DNA of 62,811 nucleotides, filler included, from Diploschistes diacapsis (Eukaryota): assembly GCA_023645945.1 (NCBI GenBank). It is 20 parts of 20 records of this genome, joined end to end, with 100 filler letters (N's around TTAATTAATTAA, not from the genome) between each part and the next. Parts side by side here need not be neighbours in the genome. Positions count along the whole stretch, not along the records: positions 48,706 to 50,642 come from JALAIB010002494.1; positions 50,743 to 52,678 come from JALAIB010002495.1; positions 52,779 to 54,712 come from JALAIB010002496.1; positions 54,813 to 56,745 come from JALAIB010002497.1; positions 56,846 to 58,767 come from JALAIB010002498.1; positions 58,868 to 60,789 come from JALAIB010002499.1; positions 60,890 to 62,811 come from JALAIB010002500.1; 13 more parts are not named here. The stretch is one strand, 5' to 3'. The notes under the pieces were generated by a model, which worked only from the letters and a program-made list of their open reading frames with translations, was not told the DNA's origin and ran no database searches. A program made the position numbers and the translations under genes. Shown here one piece after another: positions 48,706-61,273 of this stretch. Position 1 is the first letter of the stretch, and each line of letters starts with the position of its first letter.

Positions 48706-49882
48706 ACAATTATCTTTATAAAAAACTATTCGATCGACGGACAACTTTAGGAGGAAATTATAGCTAAATCGGATAACATAGTTTAGCAAAGCGATACCGA
48801 CGATTCTACTGATGAAGATACCGAAACCACGTTTTTATTAGTTATAGCATTAATTATACAGGTTTCGAAAAATAACGATATTCAGAATCAAGATACAACG
48901 GAATACAAAAAATCAACTTAAATATGCGATCTAATTCTTAACGTTAAACCAAATACTCGAGGACCTTTAAGAACTAATTTAAGCGAAAAAGCAACGTACA
49001 TGTTTCGTACTCTAAAAAGATTTATAAACAAAAAAAAATACTTCCGAAAGAAAACTCTTATCGTTAATAATCGGAAATATCCCGACCATATACTTTTTGA
49101 CGAATGTAAAAACTTCGGATACGATTACGCCAGACACGAAATATTAATATATGTTTTTTATAGAAAGGTAATCACCAACGTAACATTCTAACGATATTAT
49201 AAAAAAATATTACATAACAATAAACACGAAGACCATTATCTCTTATACAACTATAAAATAAAAAATATCCGATTAATATCTACGACAAAAAACGAGAAAC
49301 AAGATCAAAAACATATCCATTAACTATAAAAAGAATCACCACGACAGCAAAATTCTATTTCGCATATAACATTTATCGTATAAAAAAATACGAACACTTA
49401 AACCATACAGAATTCTACGAGCCAAAGAACTACCGTAATAAAAACTACATAATCCCAATATACCACGACTACAAACTTCGATCAAGAATCGCAAAAAACA
49501 TAAGAATTAACGAGACAGACCTCATATATCTTAAATATAAAGAATAAAACGATCTTTATTATAAAAACAAAAAATATAAATATCATCACAACGAAACATA
49601 CCCCACGTAAAAAGAAATTATAAAAAAAGCTAGAACTTTTTAATTATAAATTAAATTAAAAAACTACATATCATAAACATAAGCGCTAACACACGGATTT
49701 AAATAAAACGGATTTAAATAAAACGGATTTAAATAAAACGGATTTAAGCCGACCTCAAAATTAAATCAAAACGACATACCGTGCAAGCACTAATCGATCC
49801 AGATATTATCATAAACGCTATCTCAACCTCATATATACAAAGATTAAAGATAAAGAATTACGAAGTTATATAAAAATACATA
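48706..49882 (+). mobile_element. RIP-degraded Gypsy gag/protease remnant
   Basis: VQALIDPD..INAI near 49781 resembles the retropepsin ALIDSG motif. Very AT-rich, with a 15-bp tandem ACGGATTTAAATAAA x4 at ~49693-49747. Confidence 0.5.
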
Positions 49883-50642
49883 ACGTGTTTGACGGTGAGT
49901 CCGGCCACCCCCAGAGTCCGGTTACCTCAAATCACTGTTTTTATTTTATATTCGATTTTTCTTAATAATGATTACTTCGTATCGCAATCATTCGATTTTA
50001 ATAGAATTTAATATTAACGACTGTTTATAGGTCCTAAAATTATAATAATATATTAATATTCGAGAAACTGCCCGCATATTTAAAATATCTCGATTGATCA
50101 TTATGGATCGATTTAATAAAACTTAATCATGCTTTAATAACCACGAAACGACTTAAATCCTCTTAAATTCAAAAAAAAAGATATTAGTACGATAAATTAC
50201 ACGTTTTATATAAACTGACTTTCCTATATCGCTTACGTTGATAATAAATATAATCGAAGAAATTCAACGCGAACGTATTCAATTCGGTTCGAATTTAAAA
50301 ATTATAATCGCGAATCTTTAACCTATCGATAAACATTAAATATCGCGATTTCGCAAACGATTTCCTAAAATTATTAATATCTAAACAAAATAAATCGAGT
50401 TTAATAAATTTAATACGATAAATTACGAGGCTATATAACGATAATTCGATGTAATAACAATTTAATATAATAAAAGATAATACGCGCCCGAATATATCTA
50501 TAATATAAACGAATTAAATTTTAATATTAATAATAATTCTTTTTTTAAAGCTTTCGTTTCGAATCGAACAGACTCGAATTAAAAAGTTATTAAAGAAAAA
50601 CAAAAATAATTAATTGCGATCGAATATATTTCAGCTACTAGC
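49883..50642. mobile_element. Fot1/pogo terminal fragment with TIR
   Basis: TA|ACGTGTTTGACGG..CCGGCCACCCC terminus; homologous to 41213-41849. Confidence 0.8.
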
Positions 50643-50742
50643 NNNNNNNNNNNNNNNNNNNNNNNNNNNNNNNNNNNNNNNNNNNNTTAATTAATTAANN
50701 NNNNNNNNNNNNNNNNNNNNNNNNNNNNNNNNNNNNNNNNNN

Positions 50743-52678
50743 AAAAAATACATATCTTAAAAGAAATATACCTCCAATCTAACCATCGGAACTATAATAC
50801 CACCTAAAAGATAATAACCCAACGATATTAATAAAACAAAATATATATAAATACTAAACAGGTCTATAAGGAGTATCGGGAATGTCAGTTAAAGAAATTA
50901 AATCGAAAAATTGACTTAATTCACTCTAGCTTCACTAATTGCTTGTAAATAGTAATCCATTTCAACGTCGTTAAGATGCCAAGCTGCCGAGGTAAACATT
51001 TCATAATACAAGCCAGAAAACACCTATCCGGATGGATTAAAGCACGAGCCATTATTAAGAACGATTTAAAAAAGATTATCAAATTCATTCATAAAAAGCT
51101 GATTTATCGACATGAAATGTTCGGAAAAATAATCGTCGATAATAATCTAAAAAATAAAACAGAAATTATCAATCTTTTAACTAAGTACGGAATTCAACGA
51201 ACCCAGATTTCGGCCTATAATTCCTCTATAAATGATTTAATTAAGCATAATTACCGCGTGATTATAAATGTTCTAAACAAATTAACAAATAACGGGAAAG
51301 GAAACTAGATATCGGCTTTATCTTCAGTGTTCTAAACAGAACGAATCTCGGTCAATATTATTACGAAAAAGATTCCATTTTGATTATTATATAAAGCAGA
51401 ATGTGTTTTATTAATCGAAACGGAAATTACTACGTAAACGGTATTATTATAAAACGATATTCATAACCGTGCCGATCTTTTGACGGCAAAAAAAAGATAA
51501 CTAAAAAGCCGTGATAAGGATATAAAAGAAACCTTTATTAAAATGAAACGTCGGAAAGGCCAAATCATCGATTCACGTCACAAAAATATTTATACAAAGG
51601 CCCATCTCTTTCATATTAAAGATCTTATATTACTTTATAATAACAAATATCAGAAAAACTATTCCGTATCTCGAAAATTAAATTTTTAATAACTCAGTTC
51701 TTACCGGATAACCTATATAAACCAAACGAAATCAATTTTTAAGCTTACGGAACTAAATGAAACACACCTCGCTAGAACCTTTATAAATAAAAGGCTAAAT
51801 GCCTTTATTATTGATCCTAAAAAAGATATAATAGTACCGGATTCTGGAACGACGGTCGAAAAGGATGAAAATAAATCAATAAAAGAGGTGTCGGAAGGAC
51901 ATACTAACGAGGATCCTAAAAATGAAATTTCCTTAAGAATATATATACCTACAGAAAGGAACTTCGCGGTAATAATATAAGAAACAAGACCTCCTAATAA
52001 TAGAAAGGAAAGAAAGGTCTAATCTAATTAAACTCTTAATAAACCTTTTTAAAAATTTCAAAAAAATAATTTTCTTTATGAATTTTTCATTTCGCTTTAA
52101 AGTTCTGCTTAATGGGAACCTTCATTTTGATTTGGAGTTTTGCTTGTCTTGTTTTAAAATTTCACTTGGTTCTAACATACTAATAATCTTCAGTCGCGTA
52201 TATTAATCGAGCTTCAACTTGCACTAGCCACGTTCAGAAAGAATACAACATATCCAGATCCATTACTCCTGAGGGTCGTAGAAGGTCTACGTACCAAGGA
52301 CTGCCGGTTGACCTACGATACCTAAACACACCAATTAAGATAACAATGGAGACAATATCGGAAGATAGAAAGTTGATAAGGCTATCGGAACCCCTAGCAA
52401 ATCCATAATAATACACGACTCCAATTGTAATAAAAGATAATAAGAATTTCAATACAATCAGTAGGTTTATAAAATATGTAAAGTAACAACCCGAGGAAGA
52501 GTAATACGCCTTGTTCTATGAAACAAAAAGAAAGATAACGACAACTGTTATACTAGCTATAGATTACCTAGGGATTATAATAACAGAGATAGAAAAGAAG
52601 TAAACATATAAAACGACAAGAATATTAGAAAGGAACTATAAGGACGAATAATTTATTATAAAAACTTTAATACAGACC
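50743..52678 (+). mobile_element. Gypsy integrase remnant and downstream region
   Basis: ARKHLSGWIKARAI..IYRHEMFGKIIVDNN..QISAYNSSINDLIK is a RIP-altered rve core (ARxDLSGWVEAR / VDGG / SAYNPQANG). Confidence 0.8.
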
Positions 52679-52778
52679 NNNNNNNNNNNNNNNNNNNNNN
52701 NNNNNNNNNNNNNNNNNNNNNNTTAATTAATTAANNNNNNNNNNNNNNNNNNNNNNNNNNNNNNNNNNNNNNNNNNNN

Positions 52779-53772
52779 ATAATAAATCTCATTTAACTTC
52801 ATCTTTTTCGTACGAAAATAATTATTAATCTTAAACATTACAGAAAAGCGAGATTCGTTATTTTAAAATATAAAACTATATATCGTATAATATATAAAAG
52901 TAATAAAAAAAGCTTCGTATATATTTAAAGGACGATCGAATCGTCTATCGTATTAGATTCTTTTAATAATAACGACTTTCTTTTTATCTTTATTACTTTT
53001 ATTTCTTCTTTCGGTTCTTTTACCTTTAAGACCGATATAATTAATTTATCGTTAAAAAACGAGTCGAACGAAATATCGTATTAATCTTTATTTTCGTACG
53101 ACCACCGACATCTTACGAAATAATCTCGTCATTTATAATTAACGTAATATTCATCGAAATAATTAATTAAACGACGGTATTCCGGGAAGAACGTAAAACC
53201 ACGCCGGCGATATTCGGTATATCGTACGCCACGCGTACGACCGCGGGATTAAATAAAGACCGCGTTTACATACGAAACCCGATGCGATCTAATCTATTTA
53301 AATATAATACGCCTTCGTACGAAAACAATATTAATACCGAGTAAAATAAAAACCGCACGCTACGTCACGTTATAAACGAAACTCGCCAATTATTATTTTC
53401 CAACGACGAGCCAGTCGTACGAACCCCCTTCTTCTCCTTTTTTTATTATACCTCCTTCTCCTACTATTACTATACCGCCGTCGCCGTTGGGGGAAACCTA
53501 AAATACCATCGCCCTATAAACATATTAACTTCGTACGTAATAACGGGATAAACTTATATTATAAAAAAATATTTCAACGAATCAAAAAAGGGCCGAAAAA
53601 CGACCGCGCAGGAATAGAAATAAAGTAATATAATTAAAAAGATTTAGTTTCGTACAAATAATTTTTATGTATGGTTATGGGGCTTAAAAGCTCGCTTAAA
53701 ACTATCTAGCGCAATTATATTATAATGTAGTGAGCCGCTTTGTGGTGTGGGCCGTTAAGTGATGGAACACGT
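52779..53772. mobile_element. Degraded Tc1/mariner-pogo-type element end
   Basis: RIP-like AT-rich body ending in a GC-richer terminus ...GATGGAACACGT|TA. Confidence 0.5.
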
Positions 53773-54388
53773 TATAAGATTTGTATTATGTAACACAGTG
53801 TGACAGCCAACTGTCCCGGTTTAAAGGGCAACTAAATTTGATAAATGAATCATTGTGATACAAGGTATATTAACTTAAATTTAATAGTATTCTGAAGCAG
53901 AATGTCGTGGACTTCTTTTGCATTTTATGTATTTAATTGTTATATAGGGCTGAACGGAGATAATCCTGTATTTAATTCAGGCTGCTAATAGAGGTAACTT
54001 CATTCCAATAGAAGAAAGAATCTATCGTTTTACATTTAACCGACAAAACTAGATGATACTTTTTTAAGCTTATTTTCGATCTTCTTTATATACGCTTCCG
54101 TGCTTCCGTGTTAACTTGCGATTTGATTACTAAAGCTCTGTTACAGCTTAATGTAAAGTTTTTTAGAGGTATATTATCGCAGTCATATTGAGTTTGATAT
54201 TGTCATGTCTGGACGATTAATTTAATCCATTAACCGTAACATGACAACATGGCAGTCCCGGGCTGCAGTAAACTAAAACAGATATTATAATATCATGTGT
54301 CGGCATGTAGCCTCCAAGTTCCTAAGCGAAGCAGTAAGTAATAAATAAAATATCTAGGCTTAAAAACTGGGTTGTAGTAGATGGAGTG

Positions 54389-54712
54389 CATCACGAAAAG
54401 TTTTTCAAGCCAAAAAAATATTTCTGCCGAAACTAACGAAACTGGCGAAACCGGCGAAGATAACGAGGCTAATCTTTTTTATTACGTAATCATAAATTAA
54501 AAAAGCATTTTTTTTAAATTTTAAAAAATATTTTTTCGAAAAAAGTATTAAAAATCCGCTAATTTAGCGCCGGATAATTAGCGTTAAAAACTCGTCAAAG
54601 CTCTCACGTCACGAATATCCACGTTTACGTAGTATAGAATACGCCATTCTTAATTTTTTCGCGACAATATATAGTACCTATTAGATCCCGTTAAATCCGA
54701 TACCACTAGTAC
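54389..54712 (+). mobile_element. Second copy of the CATCACGAAAAG-terminus element
   Basis: Same terminus and GGCGAAAC repeats as 8710-8939. Confidence 0.55.
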
Positions 54713-54812
54713 NNNNNNNNNNNNNNNNNNNNNNNNNNNNNNNNNNNNNNNNNNNNTTAATTAATTAANNNNNNNNNNNNNNNNNNNNNNNNNNNNNNNN
54801 NNNNNNNNNNNN

Positions 54813-55431
54813 GTAATATCAATCATTACGACGATTATATTTTTCTATAAAATCTAAAAATTTATTTAAGTAAAGATACCGCCGAAAAAGATTTAAAAAG
54901 ACGATAATATTTATTACGAAAAAATAACGGGTATCTTTTTAAATAAATTAGCGAAAGGGATGAAGATCGAAATAAATATTGATTAAAAAGGGCATTATCG
55001 CGCTTATAAGAGATACAAGCATCTGGAAAAAGGGATAGTAAAACAGATCAACCCAGGCGTGCTAAGCCACCGAAATCACGTGACGGCAGGGTCACATAAC
55101 GGCAAAATCATATAACGGCAGGGTTATATAACGGCAGGGTCACATGACGGCAAGATCACATAACGGCAGGGTCACATAACGATAGGATCACATAACGGGT
55201 ACCAACCGTGCTAAGGATGTTAGGGGGTAACTATGTAAGCGGGTAGGACCCGAACCCTGTAGGGCTGGCACTTATATATTATTTATTCCTGTCATCCTTT
55301 CATTTAAATAGTTTCTTCTCTAACTTTTCGAATCGAGACCTTTTACCTATAAATGCCCAGCTACACGTAATCTCATCAGATCAGGCCCAGCCCCCGGTAG
55401 TCTAGTATCCCATTCCTGCGCTAGCGTTTCA
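54813..55431 (+). mobile_element. Gypsy family C 3' non-coding region with 16-bp tandem repeats (55076-55198) and LTR (55218-55431)
   Basis: TGTTAG...TTTCA LTR. The upstream part is homologous to the reverse complement of 61560-61790. Confidence 0.75.
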
Positions 55432-55904
55432 TTTTACGTTAAAAGCGCATTTTCAACGTTTTTTATCTTCGTACGAAATTTTATACCTATCGTGGTCCAA
55501 CCGGCGGCATATTTCGAGTTACGCGTATTAAATTAATTATGTCGCGTATATCGTTCTATCGCAGCGGAAAACCACATTCGATTAAATTAATCGTATAATT
55601 AAGAATTGTCTCCTCTTTTAACAAGATTAAATTTATTAAGTTAACTAAGATATCGTGTCTTGAAGTACGACCATCGCGTCGAGTAATAAACGTCGTACGA
55701 GGAATCTTATATATCTAAAATACGCGTTTTATATTAAGATTTGGGTCTTGTTTAATAGTCTAAAGTGCCATTATAATTCTATTTTTAATTAAAGATGATT
55801 CCATAATCGTACGCGTAGAAAATTGATACGAAAGTTAAAAGTTCATAAAATCGAATAGGGGGGTATCCGTTCGCTATGAGTGTCCGCTCGCTATGCATAT
55901 ACGT
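55432..55904 (-). mobile_element. Fot1/pogo 5' end remnant
   Basis: ACGT|TA terminus with an internal repeat (TCCG.TCGCTATG x2) and an HTH-like degraded frame on the minus strand. Confidence 0.6.
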
Positions 55905-56195
55905 TAATATTTAATAAAGAATTATATAATAAGAATAAATTTAAATCGAATCGATTCGAGATTAAAAAAAATCAAAAAATCAAAATAAAAAGGTCCGATA
56001 AATCGAAAAAAACTTATTAAACACCATTATAAAATTAATAAATTATAATTTAATATTTATAAAGTTTGTTTAAGCGTTTCGATTCGTAATAGCTCGATTC
56101 CGAGTTATTAAAAATAATTCGATTTATTCCGAACGTATCATACGCAATTTATTTAATCGAGTAATATGATCCGTCTTTTGCGTTAACGCGCTTTT

Positions 56196-56745
56196 TGTTG
56201 AGCAGACAGGCAGAAGGCATGGCTGGGAGTTCAACTGAGTTCCAGGAGGAGGTTCAGTTCAGCTGAACCTTCTAGAATTCTAACTAGACCGATTAAGGAA
56301 TAGTGTAAGTAGTAGGGCTTAGCGTATCCCGCGAGAATAAAAGTCTATAAAATAGAATAATCTTTTAGATAAGATTTCTAAACTTCAATATATCTATTAC
56401 GTTGTTAAATGAGTTATGACCCGAGTTAATCTACTCGAACCACTTCGTCTTTAATTATTAGAAATAAGTCTTCCCGGTAATTAAAACGGTTACGAACGCG
56501 AGACCGAATATGTTAATTTTATCTAAAAGATCTAAATCGATAAAATCCGAAAACTTAAGATCTGAATCATAAAATTCTAAAATAAATATATTCAAAAATA
56601 GAAGATATATTATTATAAAAGATCGCGGGACTTTATTACGCTGGCCAAAAGTAAGCCTAAATAAGAAATATTTAGTTCCTGGATTTATCATCTGTTAAAT
56701 TAACGAAAAACTTCCGATTCTTTTCTTTTCTCGATAATATCGAAG
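56196..56745 (+). mobile_element. Ty1/Copia 5' LTR (56196-~56411) plus leader, inserted in a pogo remnant
   Basis: Same LTR as 1324 and 41000. Followed by AGTTATGACCCG, resembling the fungal Copia GGTTATGAGCCC primer site. The upstream flank 55990-56195 matches pogo sequence at 14030-14230. Confidence 0.75.
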
Positions 56746-57094
56746 NNNNNNNNNNNNNNNNNNNNNNNNNNNNNNNNNNNNNNNNNNNNTTAATTAATTA
56801 ANNNNNNNNNNNNNNNNNNNNNNNNNNNNNNNNNNNNNNNNNNNNCATCAATATCTCCACTTATATTACTTTATTTCTTAATTTGAAACCTGTTTTGAAA
56901 TCGCCTTGATCTACTTTTCAAACTGACAAAATTTAGGTTCCGTAGCTATCCGGGAATGCATTAAATATCAGCCCCCTATTTCATTAAATATCAGCCCCCG
57001 TCTGACGACAACCCGCGCGCGCGTATTTTCCTTCCCTAACAAAATTTGTATGGCCTATTAAATATCAGCCCTGATATTTAATCCGCATATGGGA

Positions 57095-57560
57095 TAGCGG
57101 TTAGTCCCAAAACCCCCCTCCGCCCATTATTCTTTCCCAACACTAGCGATTAGTTCCAAAACCCTTCTCCGCCCATTATTCCTTCCCAACACTAGCGGTT
57201 AGTTTCAAAACCCCCCTCCGCTTATTATTCCTCTCCAACACTAACGGTTAGTTCCAAAACCCCCCTCCGCCCATTATTCCTCCCCAACACTAGCGATTAG
57301 TCCCAAAACCCTCCTCCGCCCATTATTCCTCTCTAACACTAACGGTTAGTCCCAAAACCCCCTTTTAATCATTATTCCTTTCTAACACTAGTAATTAGTC
57401 CCAAAATTCTTCTCCTGTCATTATTCCTTCCTAATATTAACGATTATTACAAAAAACCTCCCTCCAATCATTATTCCTTTTTAACACTAATAATTAGTCT
57501 TAAAACCCCTTTCTTATTATTATTCTTTCCTAATACTAACGGTTATTACAAAAAACCTTT
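57095..57560. repeat. 49-bp tandem repeat, about 10 copies
   Basis: Unit TAGCGGTTAGTCCCAAAACCCCCCTCCGCCCATTATTCCTCCCCAACAC with starts at 57095, 57144, 57193, 57242, 57291, 57340 and onward. Confidence 0.92.
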
Positions 57561-59276
57561 ATTTATTATTTAAAATCATTTGTTTATTATTTCAATCTAT
57601 TTTTTTAAACTTAAATTATTAAAATATAGGTTTCGTAATTATTCAAGAATTCATTAAATATTAATTTTAATATTCAATTAGTATTTAGATATTCTTAAAA
57701 TCTCCTTTTAACAATTATTCCTTTTCAATACTAGCCGTTATTATTAAAAACCCTTATCTATTATTTCAAAATATTCTTTTATTATTTTCCAATCTATTTT
57801 TTTAATTTTAAGTATTTTTTCTCGGTTTTATTCGCTTTCTTATCCGTTTTTCTACGTCTTCCCCGTTTCCATTTTTTTTTTATATCATTTTTACCATTTC
57901 TTCCGCTTTTCCGAATATTATCGAAACTTTTAATCGTCTTTAACATTTTTTTAAATTATTTATCGTAATTTAATCTTAAAGTTCTTTATTAAATCTTTTA
58001 ATTTCTTTTTTTTAATTAAAACTAGGTTTATTCATTAATATACCGAGATTTATAACGTCGTTATTTATATTTTTATCTTTTATATTTTATATATTCTTTA
58101 TATAATTAATACGATAATTAAATTTTAATTTAATAATTCCGTATCGTTCAAAACGATATTTTTAATTTCGATTAAAAATTAGATTATTCGTAATAATAAA
58201 ATAAGTTTAAAATATTAATAGATTTTTATCCTTATTTTATTCACGTATAAATTCATCTTTTATTAATTTTTTAAAATCATCTTAAAATATTTCTATTAAA
58301 ACATTATTTATTTAATTTATTTATTAAAACTATTCGTAAAATTTTATTTTATATTTAAGATTAATCTTTTCTAACCGCTTATTTTGATAATTCGGATCGC
58401 GTATTTTTTATCGTTATTAATATCGAACGTTAATCGGATTTATTTTTATAATACGGGTATTTTAAACGAAGTAAGTTCTAGCTTCTTACGATTTATGTAA
58501 TATTTATTTAATTATTTAATTTTAAATTTAATTTAAAAGTTTTATCTTTTCTTTTATTATTATTTTCGATATAGTTTTTTCGGTTTTTTATTAAATCCCT
58601 TATCGGGCCCGACGTTAATTTCTATTATGATTGTTTTTATTAAAATGGGTCTTAATCGAATCTTAATAACCGATTTCCCTATTATACTATTAATAATATT
58701 TATTCTTAGAAATTTTAAATATTATAATTATTATCTCCATAATATAAACACGAGGTAGAAACTGTCTNNNNNNNNNNNNNNNNNNNNNNNNNNNNNNNNN
58801 NNNNNNNNNNNTTAATTAATTAANNNNNNNNNNNNNNNNNNNNNNNNNNNNNNNNNNNNNNNNNNNNGTTTCTATATATTCCCGAATTTTCAATAATTTA
58901 TATTCGAAGATTTAAATCATGGCTTTTAGATCTGGCGTCGGTAGTTGAAGACTTTCGTGCATATTGTTATATTGATTAAGAACTTTATTCCGGTCGGCTA
59001 TATTAAAGGTCTATTAACCCGCTATATAAGCTTGTATCTAGAGTTCATTAGGATATCAGCATAATTGACTATCGATGGAACCACCAATATTATATTTCAC
59101 ACTAGTCCCCCGAGGGAACAGATCATTTATAACTATACAGGTGATAAGTATTCTTTTCTTTTAAATAAGCTATCACATACAAAACAGGAATAGCAGCTGG
59201 CCAACTTACAAGAGTTAAAGAATCTATGCGAGTTATTCATATCCGCTACATTCCGTTCCATGTTGTGGGGTGATTA

Positions 59277-60312
59277 TTAAGGATCTGCTTGGTCATAGTT
59301 TCCCTTTGCAATCTGTCGTGCAACGGGGTCTAGCCCTTTTTGGGCCTTTAGCTTCTCCTCAAACTTAGCAAATTCCTCCATAGCTATCTCCTCTTCCTGG
59401 TCCAGGACCTGGATCACCCCCTTCACCTCCTCTATCTGTTCTAGATTAGCCCGTCTCAGAAAAATGGGGAACCAATGCTCACATAATGCATCAACATGCT
59501 TTCTATCCCGTTTCTTAGTGTTACGGTGCTTGAGTCACAAGTTCTACAAGCGCCACGCAACTTCAGTAGAACCTGACCATCCTTGAACCCACGAAACTCA
59601 ATGTCGCCTCCATCCTCTTGGATAGCAGGCCTGATCCTAGTCTCGAGCAGTTCCTTGATCATTCCAACAACCTCGTCATCACCATCTCTGTAACCCAGAG
59701 AATCTTCACAGGCTTCCTCCGGTGCGCTGTCTCCAATTCCCTTCACTGTACTGACAATCTCAGCCCCTGAAGACACGGCCTGCGTTATTAAACTGAAAAC
59801 TTCTGGTTTTATGTGCGCCCAGCTCGCATCTCCGGCTTTGGTGACTGTGATATGGTTTGGCCCATAGAACACAGAAGTCACTCCGTTGACATTCAACAAT
59901 TGTGCGGCAAGTGGAGAGGGATGTGGTGGTGCCAACGTCGCTCTTGGACTGAGATATTCCAGGAAAGTTGTGGAAAGACCAAGAGGTAGCACTCGATGAT
60001 TCGGGAGAAATTTCAGAGCCTGCTCGAATCAATTAAATATCATGGTCAGAATTCCATGCTCACGTCTGCATTTGGTGTATCCTGTGTTTGGATGAATATT
60101 CTTTTGTTCAGTGTAGTGGAGAATGCCTTTGTAGATGGTTTGGTGTATTCGACCAACCGGTGATTCCTCCAGTTGACAAGCGGTACAGTGGAAGATATGA
60201 ATATGCTTTGCTGCCGTTTATAGAGAGAAGTTCCAAAAGACTTTAGTCCTTGTCTCGGCATGTTAAAAAGTGTTCTGGAGTGAGGTATCCGCGGAAGCCT
60301 CATAGAACGCAT
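59277..60312 (-). CDS. NFU1: Mitochondrial Fe-S cluster carrier Nfu1, 314 aa, exons 60312-60064, 60019-59483, 59435-59277
   Basis: Presequence, IFIQTQDTPNADALKFLP (Nfu_N), IRPAIQEDGGDIEF and LRGACRTCDSS (CxxC). GT-AG introns of 44 and 47 nt. Confidence 0.96.
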
Positions 60313-60889
60313 GTTCAGCAATAATGCTAGATAGAAACAGGCTTTACTTATTATTCAATCCATCTAGGAAGAAAGACGTTTTGGATAACTAGAGGATTTT
60401 CCGTAGTGCTGAGACATTATTTGGACATATTACTCGGCGTCAGAATATTAATCTAAATAGGTTAGTCTGACTGCTTCATAAGCCTCGAGTATGTTTTGAA
60501 TATTTTAGAAGGTTCTAGAAGGTTGCAGAGGGTTGTAAAATATCCTTAAACATAATGCACGGGATATTTTAGAAAGAGAAGGAATATCCTAGACTAATTC
60601 TTATTAATTATAATAGCGTGAGATGTGCCTATTTAAAACTTCTTATTTCCCATTGTTTATAATTATCACCTTCAATATTATTATTTGTTCAAAGTGGTGG
60701 AAGTTCCTAATAAAAATTGACCAAGCGTGTATTCTGCAGCTAATCCTAACTAGGTAACAATCCCAAGCCTGCCTAGTTGACTATTATTCNNNNNNNNNNN
60801 NNNNNNNNNNNNNNNNNNNNNNNNNNNNNNNNNTTAATTAATTAANNNNNNNNNNNNNNNNNNNNNNNNNNNNNNNNNNNNNNNNNNNN

Positions 60890-61273
60890 CTTTAATAATA
60901 TTCGTGATATCCTCATATCCGTATTCCGATGGATTATAATATTGTCGTATATAATCTTATATCCTTTCCGTAAGAATCTATAACTTCCTTCGTACTATTA
61001 AATATTATTCGTTTTGATCTTTTAAGACATTCATGACTATTATAAATTCCCGAAAATCTATTATAAATAATTTATCATTATTAATCTTTAATAGTTTAAC
61101 CTAACGCGGTTCTTTTATTATATAATCTAGCCGTCTGTTCAACGCGTCAGCTCGTTCGTTTACTTTACCTGCGATCCTCTTGATCGTGAAACGATATCGT
61201 CCGAAAATCTTTAACCAACGAAACTATTTTAGGTTAAGTTTCTTTATTATCGTGAACTTCAACAAGTTCATAT
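60890..61273 (-). mobile_element. Gypsy RNase H/integrase junction remnant
   Basis: Minus strand reads YRFTIKRIAGKVNERADALNRR (consensus GK.N..ADALSR). Confidence 0.75.
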
